This document shows, in pieces, positions 21,490 to 29,828 of a stretch of 32,000 bases of DNA. The notes under the pieces were generated by a model. The model did not search any database. It worked only from the letters and a program-made list of their open reading frames with translations, and was not told where the DNA came from. This DNA is from Buchnera aphidicola (Neophyllaphis podocarpi) (GTDB lineage: Bacteria > Pseudomonadota > Gammaproteobacteria > Enterobacterales > Enterobacteriaceae), in NCBI RefSeq assembly GCF_964059055.1, contig NZ_OZ060386.1:300001-332000 (forward strand). The letters are read 5' to 3'. The translations under genes and the position numbers were made by a program. Every line of letters starts with the position of its first letter. The first letter of the stretch is position 1.

Positions 21490-22944
21490 ATGAAAAATAA
21501 CAACTGTGATTTAGTGATTTTTGGAACTAAAGGGGATTTGTCTAGAAGAAAATTAATTCCAGCATTATACCAGTTAGAAAAAAAACAAAAACTAGGAACT
21601 AAAACTAGAATTATTGGAGTAGGAAGAGCTATTTGGAATAAAGATGATTATATAACTTTAGTTAGAGATTCACTAAAAACTTTTATGTTAGAAAGAATTA
21701 ATGAATCTGTATGGAACAAATTTAAAAATAGATTATATTTTTGTAATTTAGATATTAATAATATAAATCAATTTAATATTTTAAAAAACATTTTGGATCA
21801 AAATAAACATATAAAAATAAATTATTTTGCAGTACCTCCTAATATGTTTACAAATATTTGTAAAGGTTTAGGGAGGTCGAAATTAAATCATTTAAATACA
21901 AGAGTTGTAATGGAAAAACCTTTAGGAAATTCTCTTCATACTTTTCAAGAAATTGATAACCAAGTTAAGAAATATTTTAGTGAAAAACAAATATTTAGAA
22001 TTGATCATTATTTAGGAAAAGAAACAGTAATAAATTTATTAGCTTTACGTTTTGCAAATTCATTATTTATCGAAAATTGGAGTAATAAAATTATAGATCA
22101 TATACAAATTACAGTTGCAGAAGAAGTAGGTATTGAAGGTAGATGGGAATATTTTAATAAAACTGGTCAGATGAGAGATATGGTACAAAACCATATGCTT
22201 CAAATATTATCAACAATAGCTATGTCAATTCCTTCAAGCTTACATGCGAATAATATTAGAGATGAAAAAGTTAAAGTACTTAAATCTTTACGTTATATAG
22301 ATACAAAAGATATAAATAAAAAAACATCAATAGGTCAATATACTTCAGGTATAATTAAAGGTAAAAAAGTAATATCATATTTACAAGAATCAAATAATAT
22401 TAATAATAGTATTACAGAAACATTTGTATCTATCAGAGTTGACATAGATAATAATAAATGGAAAGGAGTACCATTTTATTTAAGAACAGGTAAAAGACTA
22501 AAACAAAAATGTTCTGAAATAATAATTTTCTTTAAAACACCTTTAATAAATATATTTGAAGATTCATGTAAAGTATTACCTCAAAATAAACTTAGAATTA
22601 GATTACAACCTAATGAAGGTATAGATATTCAAATATTAAACAAAGTTCCTGGAATAAATCACAAATATAAACTAAAAGAAACTACATTGGATTTAAGTTA
22701 TTCTAAAATATTTAAAAAAAATAATATTGTAGATGCATATGAACGTTTACTTTTTGAAAGTATGAGAGATGCTCAAGATTTGTTTGTTCGAAGAGATGAA
22801 ATAGAAGAATCATGGAAATGGGTAGACTCGATAATCTTAGCATGGAAACAAAAAGAAAAAAAACCTGAATTATATCAATCAGGTACATGGGGACCTATGT
22901 CATCTTTAAATATTATTAAAAATGATGGTAGGAAATGGAATTAA
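21490..22944 (+). CDS. zwf: Glucose-6-phosphate 1-dehydrogenase
   Basis: Motifs CDLVIFGTKGDLSRRKL, MEKPLG, RIDHYLGKE. 484 aa. Confidence 0.95.
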   Translation: MKNNNCDLVIFGTKGDLSRRKLIPALYQLEKKQKLGTKTRIIGVGRAIWNKDDYITLVRDSLKTFMLERINESVWNKFKNRLYFCNLDINNINQFNILKNILDQNKHIKINYFAVPPNMFTNICKGLGRSKLNHLNTRVVMEKPLGNSLHTFQEIDNQVKKYFSEKQIFRIDHYLGKETVINLLALRFANSLFIENWSNKIIDHIQITVAEEVGIEGRWEYFNKTGQMRDMVQNHMLQILSTIAMSIPSSLHANNIRDEKVKVLKSLRYIDTKDINKKTSIGQYTSGIIKGKKVISYLQESNNINNSITETFVSIRVDIDNNKWKGVPFYLRTGKRLKQKCSEIIIFFKTPLINIFEDSCKVLPQNKLRIRLQPNEGIDIQILNKVPGINHKYKLKETTLDLSYSKIFKKNNIVDAYERLLFESMRDAQDLFVRRDEIEESWKWVDSIILAWKQKEKKPELYQSGTWGPMSSLNIIKNDGRKWN

Positions 22945-23020
22945 CATTTAAAAGATCAAAATTAAACTAATTTTTTTATTTTTTAAAAAACATTAAAATA
23001 TTTAAATATCAAGGAAAATT

Positions 23021-23890
23021 ATGATGCGTATTACTTTGTTTATTTTAACTAATTTAAGTATTATACTTTTTTTAAAGTTAATATTAATAATTATGGGAAT
23101 AAAAATAAATAGTATATACATGGTAATGACTGTTTTATTTAGCTTTATAGGATCTATTATTTCTTTAATAATGTCAAAATGGATAACTCTAAAATATATT
23201 AATGGAAAAATAATTAAAATACCAAAAAATGAAAAAGAAAATATTTTAATAAACATTATTAAAAAACAAGCAAATATAACAAAAATTAAAACTCCTACAA
23301 TGGTAATATATGATTCTTCAGAAATAAATGCTTTTGCTACTGGTATTAATAAGAACTCTTCAATAATAGCATTATCTACAGAATTAATAAATAGAATGAA
23401 ATACGAAGAAATTGAAGCAGTTATAGCCCATGAAATTAGTCATATTTCTAATGGTGATATGATTACTATGACATTATTACAAGGAATTATGAATACTATT
23501 GTATTTTTTTTATCTAATATAATATCACAAATATTTCTAACTACAATAATACAAAATAAAGAAGAGTCCAGAAATAATAAATATTTATATTTTTTAATTT
23601 CATTTATTATAGAATTAACATTTGGTCTAATAGCAAGCATAATAATTATGTGGTTTTCAAGAACAAGAGAATTCCGTGCTGATGCAGGATCAGCAAAAAT
23701 AGTAGGAAAAAATAAAATGCTTTCCGTATTGTATAAAATGAAAGAAGAAAAAAATAATAATATTATTAATAATAAACTTATTAATACATTTTTAATTTAC
23801 GGAAAATCTAAATCATTTTTTAATTTATTTATGACTCATCCTTCAATTGATAAAAGAATTAAAGCGCTAAAAGAGAATTTATATTATTAA
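23021..23890 (+). CDS. htpX: Membrane zinc metalloprotease HtpX (M48)
   Basis: N-terminus MMRITLFILTNL (E. coli MMRIALFLLTNL). Motifs HEISH (zinc site), REFRADAGSA, MTHPSIDKRI. AAGGA RBS. 289 aa. Confidence 0.94.
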   Translation: MMRITLFILTNLSIILFLKLILIIMGIKINSIYMVMTVLFSFIGSIISLIMSKWITLKYINGKIIKIPKNEKENILINIIKKQANITKIKTPTMVIYDSSEINAFATGINKNSSIIALSTELINRMKYEEIEAVIAHEISHISNGDMITMTLLQGIMNTIVFFLSNIISQIFLTTIIQNKEESRNNKYLYFLISFIIELTFGLIASIIIMWFSRTREFRADAGSAKIVGKNKMLSVLYKMKEEKNNNIINNKLINTFLIYGKSKSFFNLFMTHPSIDKRIKALKENLYY

Positions 23891-24008
23891 TATAATAAAA
23901 ATATTTTATTTAAATAAATTTAAAATTTTTATTAATCATATTAATTTTATATATATAAAATCATAATTATTTATTTTAAAAATAAATACAATATACAATA
24001 TTAATATT

Positions 24009-25553
24009 TTGGAGTTTCTAGTAATGCTTATTTTAGATCCATCTATATGGGCTGGATTAATAACATTAATTATATTAGAAATAGTTTTAGGAATTGATAA
24101 TTTAATATTTATAGCAATTTTAGTAGAAAAGTTACCAGAAAAAAAGCGTGATCAAGCTAGATTTATTGGTTTATTTTTTGCTTTATTAATGAGAATTGGT
24201 TTATTGCTAATAGTGTCTTGGTTAACATCACTGACCAGTCCTATTATTAAAAATTCTTATTTAAGTTTATCTAGTAGAGACCTAATATTATTATTCGGAG
24301 GAATTTTTTTATTAATAAAATCAATAACTGAATTAAATGAAAGGATTGAGAATAATCAAAAGGAAAATAATAAAAATAATGAACATTATTCTAGTTTTTG
24401 GGCTGTAGTTATACAAATTATAATATTAGATGCTATTTTTTCATTAGATGCTATAATTACAGCAGTTGGAATAGTAACTAATTTATTAATTATGATATGT
24501 TCTATAACAATAGCAATGAGCTTAATGTTATTAGCATCAAAAACTCTTACTAAATTTATTAATTTACATCAAACTATTGTAGTTTTGTGTTTAAGTTTTT
24601 TGATAATGATAGGTCTTAGTCTAATAGCCGAATCTTTAGGTTTTCATATTCAAAAAGGATATTTATATGCAGCTGTAGGATTTTCTATCATAATTGAAAT
24701 TCTTAATCAAGTTGCACGTAGAAATTTTATAAAAAATCAATCAAATAAACCTCTAAGACAACGTGTAGCAGAAGCTATTATAAGAATAATGTTAAAAGAA
24801 ACTCCTGAAAATACAAATAAAATTTATAAAAATTCTTCATCAAAATCTTTAAAAAATTTTAAGAAAGAAGAAAAATATATGATTAATAGTATATTAACAT
24901 TAGCTTCTAGATCAATACGTAGTATTATGACAACAAGAGGAAATATTTCTTGGGTCAATAGCGATAGACCAACCAAAGAAATTTATTCTCAACTCTTAGA
25001 TACTCCTCATAGTCTATTTCCTGTATGCAAAGGAACTTTAGATGAAGTTATAGGTATAGTAAGAGCCAAAGAATTATTAGTAGCTTTAGATAAGAAAATT
25101 GATGTAGCATCTTTTGCCTCAAAGTCACCAGCAATAATAGTTCCAGAAACCTTAGATCCAATTAAATTATTAGGAGTTCTAAAAAAATCTAAAGGTAGCT
25201 GTATAATTGTTACAAATGAATTTGGTGTAGTCCAAGGATTAATAACACCTTTAGATGTTTTAGAAGCTATTGCTGGAGAATTTCCAGACGCAGATGAAAC
25301 TCCTGATATAATAACTGAAAAAAATAATAGTTGGTTAGTAAAAGGAAGTACAGATATACATTACTTACAACAATTACTGGAAACATCTAATTTATCTAAA
25401 AAAGAAGGATATACTTCACTAGCAGGATTTTTAATTGAAGAAAAAGGCAGATTACCATTTAAAGGAGAAATTATCATAATAAAGCCATTTAAATTTAATA
25501 TTATTGAAGTAAATGAATATCGTATAAATTTGGTTAGAATTACTAAAATATAG
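24009..25553 (+). CDS. yoaE: TerC-family membrane protein with CBS pair and CorC/HlyC C-terminal domain (YoaE)
   Basis: Colinear with E. coli YoaE (DPSIWAGL, LEIVLGIDNL.FIAIL, ...VTNEFGVVQGL.TPLDVLEAIAGEFPDADETP). The start is ambiguous. TTG at 24009 preserves the ancestral M-E-F-L. ATG at 24024 has GGAG (24011-24014) 9 nt upstream. Confidence 0.9.
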   Translation: MEFLVMLILDPSIWAGLITLIILEIVLGIDNLIFIAILVEKLPEKKRDQARFIGLFFALLMRIGLLLIVSWLTSLTSPIIKNSYLSLSSRDLILLFGGIFLLIKSITELNERIENNQKENNKNNEHYSSFWAVVIQIIILDAIFSLDAIITAVGIVTNLLIMICSITIAMSLMLLASKTLTKFINLHQTIVVLCLSFLIMIGLSLIAESLGFHIQKGYLYAAVGFSIIIEILNQVARRNFIKNQSNKPLRQRVAEAIIRIMLKETPENTNKIYKNSSSKSLKNFKKEEKYMINSILTLASRSIRSIMTTRGNISWVNSDRPTKEIYSQLLDTPHSLFPVCKGTLDEVIGIVRAKELLVALDKKIDVASFASKSPAIIVPETLDPIKLLGVLKKSKGSCIIVTNEFGVVQGLITPLDVLEAIAGEFPDADETPDIITEKNNSWLVKGSTDIHYLQQLLETSNLSKKEGYTSLAGFLIEEKGRLPFKGEIIIIKPFKFNIIEVNEYRINLVRITKI

Positions 25554-25609
25554 AAAAATTTTATAAAAATATAAATAACCAAAAAAAAACAAAATAAAAA
25601 AGGATATAA

Positions 25610-26284
25610 ATGTCATTTAATATACTATGTATAGATACATCAACAATATTATGCTCAGTATCGATATTAATAAATAATAAAAAATTTAGTATTTTTAAAA
25701 TATGCAATAATAATCATTCAAAAGAAATATTTGTTCTTATAAAAAATTTGTTATATAAAAGTAATCTAAAATTGAATAATATAAATCTAATAGCTTGCGG
25801 TATAGGACCTGGAAGCTTTACAGGAATAAGAATAGCTATAGGTATTGCTAACGGCATAAGTTTAGGAATAAATGTTCCAGTAATAGGTATTTCAACCTTA
25901 GCAATTATTGCAGAACAAGTTTGGAGGAAAAAAAATAGTAAAAAAGTTATAGTTTCTATGAAAGCTAATAGCACAGAAGTATATTTTGCAAAATATATTA
26001 AAAAAAACGATATATGGACAGGTATGGATACGGAAGTTATATTAAAAGAAAAAAAACTAAAAAATACAATTAAAAAAATTAAAGGAACATGGATTATGGC
26101 TGGTACAAGTCAGATTAAAGGATTTAAGAAAAATAAAATAAACATAAAAAATAGTAGTATAAAATTTCCTTTAGCAAAAGATATAATTCCTTTTGCTTTA
26201 TTAAAAACAAAAAATATAAAAAATTTAAAAAATGAAATTTTATATCCTAATTATTTAAAAAAAGCAATTAGTAAATTATATTAA
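25610..26284 (+). CDS. tsaB: tRNA threonylcarbamoyladenosine (t6A) biosynthesis protein TsaB (YeaZ)
   Basis: Motifs LCIDTSTILCSVSI and GPGSFTGIRI. 224 aa. AGGA RBS. Confidence 0.88.
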   Translation: MSFNILCIDTSTILCSVSILINNKKFSIFKICNNNHSKEIFVLIKNLLYKSNLKLNNINLIACGIGPGSFTGIRIAIGIANGISLGINVPVIGISTLAIIAEQVWRKKNSKKVIVSMKANSTEVYFAKYIKKNDIWTGMDTEVILKEKKLKNTIKKIKGTWIMAGTSQIKGFKKNKINIKNSSIKFPLAKDIIPFALLKTKNIKNLKNEILYPNYLKKAISKLY

Positions 26285-26312
26285 AATTAATAATTATATA
26301 AAATTTAAATCA

Positions 26313-26561
26313 TCATTCTCTTTCTTTTAAAGTTATGCTAAACTCTAAAGAAGATAACTTATTTCTATCTAATCTAATATTAATCTTTTTAGAATCTAGT
26401 TTTATGTATTTAGATATTAATTTAATTATTTCTTTTTTTAGTTTAGGAAAATAGTTAGGTTCATTTTGATATCTTGTACCAGATACAATTATCTGTAATC
26501 TCTCTTTAGCAATATTTGCAGTATTTTTCTTTTTAGATAAAAAAAAACTAAATATAGTCAT
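26313..26561 (-). CDS. minE: Cell division topological specificity factor MinE
   Basis: 82 aa with N-terminal ...KKNTANIAKERLQIIVS. It lies directly downstream of minD, 3 bp apart. Confidence 0.9.
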   Translation of the reverse strand: MTIFSFFLSKKKNTANIAKERLQIIVSGTRYQNEPNYFPKLKKEIIKLISKYIKLDSKKINIRLDRNKLSSLEFSITLKERE

Positions 26562-26564
26562 ATA

Positions 26565-27377
26565 TTATATCCAAAATAATCTTCGTATAAAATTTTTTTT
26601 CTCTACTTTAATAAATCTAAAAGGTTGATTTTTACCTAATAAACGTTCAACCATATCAGAATAAGCTTTACCAGCATTAGATTTAATATCTAATATTATT
26701 GATCTACCTTTATTGGAAGATTTTAGTACTAATTTATCTTCTGGAATTACTCCTATTAAAGGAATATGTAGTATATCTATAACATCATCTATACTTAACA
26801 TTTCACCTTTATCGACTCTATATGGATCATATCTAGTTAACAATAAATGTTCTTTTATTGGTTTTTGATTATTTTCTGATCTTAAAGATTTAGAAGATAT
26901 TATTCCTAATATTCTATCAGAATCACGAACAGAAGAAATCTCGGGATTAGTAGTTACTATGGCTTCATCTGCAAAATATATGGCCATTATAGCTCCGGTT
27001 TCAATACCAGCTGGAGAATCACAAATAATAAAATCAAAATTCATCTGGGATAATTCCTTAAAAACTTTATATACTCCTTGTTTTGTTAAAGAATTTTTAT
27101 CTCTTGTTTGAGAGGCTGGTAATATAAAAAGATTATCAGTCATTTTATCTTTAATTAAAGCTTGATTTAATGTAGATTCTCCTTTAATTACATTTATAAA
27201 ATCATAAACAACTCTACGTTCACAACCCATAATTAAATCTAAATTACGTAATCCAACATCAAAATCTATTACAACAGTTTTTTTACCTTGTTGAGATAAA
27301 CCAGTTGCAATAGCTGCACTAGATGTAGTTTTACCAACTCCTCCTTTACCAGAAGTAACAACAATTATTTTAGTCAT
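26565..27377 (-). CDS. minD: Septum site-determining ATPase MinD
   Basis: Deviant Walker A SGKGGVGKTT. 270 aa, the same length as E. coli. C-terminal amphipathic helix (...KKNFIRRLFWI). Confidence 0.96.
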   Translation of the reverse strand: MTKIIVVTSGKGGVGKTTSSAAIATGLSQQGKKTVVIDFDVGLRNLDLIMGCERRVVYDFINVIKGESTLNQALIKDKMTDNLFILPASQTRDKNSLTKQGVYKVFKELSQMNFDFIICDSPAGIETGAIMAIYFADEAIVTTNPEISSVRDSDRILGIISSKSLRSENNQKPIKEHLLLTRYDPYRVDKGEMLSIDDVIDILHIPLIGVIPEDKLVLKSSNKGRSIILDIKSNAGKAYSDMVERLLGKNQPFRFIKVEKKNFIRRLFWI

Positions 27378-27410
27378 ATAATTAATTCCTTTATTAATTA
27401 AAATATTAAT

Positions 27411-28111
27411 CTATTTTAATAATTTTATACATAAAGTATCATCTCTCAAAGTGACATTAACAGATTTTCCTAAAAATTTTTTAGGTATTTGATCTGTTAA
27501 CATATATTTTCCCGATATTGCTATTAATTCAGGATTAAAATTAGAACAAAATATTTGAGAATTCTTATCTCCTTTAACTCCTGCTAATACTTTACCTCTA
27601 ACTTTACCATAGATATGCACATTACCATCAGATATTAATTCAGCTCCATAATTTACATGATTATTTATAACTAAATCTGAATTATTTGAATAGATTTGTT
27701 GGCCTGATCTTATTGGATAATCTAATATTAAAGTTTTCAAAAAATAATTTTGAGAAATTTTTTTTTCAAAATCTTTTATAAAATAATTTTTTTTTTAATA
27801 TTTGTTTTATGATTTTCAGAAAAAACTAACAAACCAGAATTTAAAATAATTTGTTTGAGTTTATTGTCTTTAAATCCATTAATTCCTATTATGAAAACTT
27901 TAATAGATAAAAATTTTTTTTTGATTTTTTTCCAATCTAATAAATAAGCATCTTGTAACTCAGATATATTTAATATTACTGATATATTTTTCATAAAATA
28001 GTAAGTTTTACTAATTTTATATTTTAATGAATTTAAAATTTTGGTTATGTTATTGCTTCTCAAATAAATTACCAGTAACATAAAACTATTAACTGTTATT
28101 TTAATAGGCAT
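27411..28111 (-). pseudogene. minC: Septum site-determining protein MinC, interrupted by a frameshift in an A10 tract (pseudogene, or rescued by slippage)
   Basis: ORF 27776-28111 encodes the N-terminal FtsZ-inhibitory domain (PIKITVNSFMLLVIYL, ISVILNISELQD, IIGINGFKD). ORF 27411-27740 encodes the C-terminal MinD-binding beta-helix domain (PIRSGQQIY...GAELISDGNVHIYG...AGVKGD). The second frame is open upstream to 27794, inside the homopolymer, and its listed start is only a TTG with no RBS. Confidence 0.9.
27787..27796 (-). repeat. A10 homopolymer (T10 on + strand) at the minC frameshift site
   Basis: Counted directly: t27787-t27796. On the coding strand ATT AAA AAA AAA ATT ATT TTA TAA terminates. 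With 11 A it reads ATT AAA AAA AAA AAT TAT TTT ATA AAA GAT ..., continuous with the C-terminal domain frame. Confidence 0.9.
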
Positions 28112-28251
28112 TAATATTTCCTAGAAATGTAACTAATAGTAAATAATCATATTATTTAAATGATAAAAATATAAATAATAATATAACATATTATAATATA
28201 ATAGTTTAATTATTATATTACGTATTTAACATAATTTTATAAGGAAAAAAT

Positions 28252-29271
28252 ATGTTTTATTTAACTAAAACAAGCAAAATAATTTTAAAAAATCAGAAGC
28301 TTTTTGAGTATAAAAATGTAATATTTGCAGGAGATATTATAGATAAAATACCAGTTTATCTAAAAACTATTAATAGCATAGTTTATACTAAAAAATATAG
28401 TTATTGGAATGATATGAAAAAATACCTAAAAAATAAAATTTTTTTAAATTTTATTTTTTACAAAAAGTATGTATTTAAATGTAATACTTTGATATATTTT
28501 TGGCCTAAAAATAAACTTGAAGCTATATTTGAATTAAAAAACATAACTTCATTATTACCTATTGGATTTAACATTTTTATAGTTGGAGAAAGTAAAAATG
28601 GAGTAAAAAGTTCTAAAAAAATGCTTGAAAATATAATTGAAATTAAAAAAATAGATAATGCAAGAAATTGTATATTAAATCATGGAATTATTAAAAAAAA
28701 AATAAAATTTAAAATAAGTGACTTTTTAAATATATATGTATGGAATAATATAAAAATAGCTAGTCTACCAGGAGTATTTGGTTTTAACAAAATAGATGAA
28801 GGAAGTGAATTATTAGCATCTACTTTTAGAAATAATTTTATTAAAGGTAATGTACTAGATATAGGATGCGGCAATGGGATATTGTCCACATCCATATTAC
28901 AGCAAAATCATAAACTAATAAAAAACATTCTATTAATAGATGATAACTTAACATCTATAGTATCTAGTAAAAACACCTTAAAAATTAATAATCTTAAAGG
29001 AACTGTTTTTCCTAGTAATGTATATTCTAATATAAAATATAAAAATTTCTTTGATTTGATTGTTTCTAATCCTCCTATACATATAGGTTTAAGATTAAAT
29101 TTCAAAATAATAACAAAAATTATTAAGTATTCTAAACATTATCTTAAATTCAAAGGAGAATTAAGAATAGTAGTAAACAAATCATTTTCTTGTAAAAGAA
29201 TGCCGCATAAAAATTTTAGTATTCTAAAACAAAACGAAAAATTTATAGTATATCAAATAATAAATCAATAA
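28252..29271 (+). CDS. rsmC: 16S rRNA (guanine1207-N2)-methyltransferase
   Basis: Colinear with E. coli RsmC: LIYFWPKNKLEA, FIVGESKNGVKS, SAM motif VLDIGCGNGILS, motif IV SNPPIH, GELRIVVN. 339 aa. AAGGA RBS. Confidence 0.88.
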   Translation: MFYLTKTSKIILKNQKLFEYKNVIFAGDIIDKIPVYLKTINSIVYTKKYSYWNDMKKYLKNKIFLNFIFYKKYVFKCNTLIYFWPKNKLEAIFELKNITSLLPIGFNIFIVGESKNGVKSSKKMLENIIEIKKIDNARNCILNHGIIKKKIKFKISDFLNIYVWNNIKIASLPGVFGFNKIDEGSELLASTFRNNFIKGNVLDIGCGNGILSTSILQQNHKLIKNILLIDDNLTSIVSSKNTLKINNLKGTVFPSNVYSNIKYKNFFDLIVSNPPIHIGLRLNFKIITKIIKYSKHYLKFKGELRIVVNKSFSCKRMPHKNFSILKQNEKFIVYQIINQ

Positions 29272-29411
29272 ACTTTTAACTGTAAGTTTTTTATTAAAAA
29301 CTATAAAATTTTATATAAAAAATAAATTAACAATTAAAAATAACATATTATTTATCCTCAAATAAAATTAATAAAATCATATTTTTAATTTAAATTTTTG
29401 ATTAAATTTTA

Positions 29412-29496
29412 TACCCGGAGCGGGACTTGAACCCGCAAAGCTTTAAAAGCCGAGGGATTTTAAGTCCCTTGTGTCTACCGATTTCACCACCCGGGC
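29412..29496 (-). tRNA. leuZ: tRNA-Leu (anticodon UAA)
   Basis: The reverse complement gcccgggtggtgaaatcggtagacacaagggaCTTAAAAtccctcggcttttaaagctttgcgggttcaagtcccgctccgggta folds as a class II tRNA with a long variable arm. Anticodon loop is CU-UAA-AA. It is near-identical to E. coli leuZ as recalled. No encoded CCA (next bases are taa). Confidence 0.95.
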
Positions 29497-29536
29497 AAAA
29501 AATAAATAAAATTTATTATCAAAAATTATTTTATTA

Positions 29537-29607
29537 AAGGCGCGTCCCGGAATTGAACCGGATTATACGGATTTGCAGTCCGTTACATAACCATTCTGTC
29601 AACGCGC
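29537..29607 (-). tRNA. cysT: tRNA-Cys (anticodon GCA)
   Basis: The reverse complement ggcgcgttgacagaatggttatgtaacggaCTGCAAAtccgtataatccggttcaattccgggacgcgcct forms a cloverleaf with a 7-bp acceptor stem, anticodon GCA and discriminator U. No encoded CCA (next bases are tta). Confidence 0.95.
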
Positions 29608-29737
29608 CGCTTAATTTTTACATTATAACAAAAATATTTAAAAAGTAAAATATTTTATAATAAATAAATCTTAAATATTGTATTATTTTTTTTTATTTGT
29701 TAATATAAAATTATATAATATTATAGAGTATATTATT

Positions 29738-29822
29738 GGAGGAGTGGCCGAGTGGCTTAAGGCAACGGTCTTGAAAACCGTAGATGAGAAATTATCCGAG
29801 AGTTCGAATCTCTCCTCCTCCA
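29738..29822 (+). tRNA. serT: tRNA-Ser (anticodon UGA)
   Basis: ggaggagtggccgagtggcttaaggcaacggtCTTGAAAaccgtagatgagaaattatccgagagttcgaatctctcctcctcca. Acceptor GGAGGAG/CTCCTCC, anticodon stem ACGGT/ACCGT, long variable arm GATGA/TTATC, T-arm GAGAG/CTCTC. No encoded CCA (next bases are aac). Confidence 0.95.
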
Positions 29823-29828
29823 AACAAA

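Noticed and set aside
23002-23640. Minus-strand ORFs 23002-23256 and 23440-23640
   Set aside because: Both are antisense to htpX, whose frame is supported by colinearity with E. coli HtpX from the first residue.
25361-25974. Minus-strand ORFs 25361-25582 and 25714-25974
   Set aside because: They are antisense to the conserved C-terminus of yoaE and to tsaB respectively.
27411-27740. Treating the MinC C-terminal domain ORF as an independently translated gene
   Set aside because: Its start is a TTG with no purine-rich RBS upstream. The same frame is open for 18 further codons back into the A10 tract. The simplest reading is one gene with a frameshift, not two genes.
28680-29105. Minus-strand ORFs 28680-28895 and 28908-29105
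   Set aside because: They are antisense to rsmC, whose frame carries the SAM-binding and NPPxH motifs.
29270-29292. Possible rsmC terminator: aaactt / aagttt 6-bp stem with an 8-nt loop followed by a T-run
   Set aside because: The stem is only 6 bp with a single G:C pair. This is too weak to call as a feature without energy calculations and transcript 3-prime-end data.
29608-29737. Sigma-70 promoter call for tRNA-Ser (TTGTTA at 29697-29702, 16-nt spacer, TATTAT at 29719-24) and a divergent one for cysT-leuZ
   Set aside because: TATAAT-like and TTGNNN-like hexamers occur every few dozen bases in this composition. The match is plausible but cannot be discriminated from background without 5-prime-end data.
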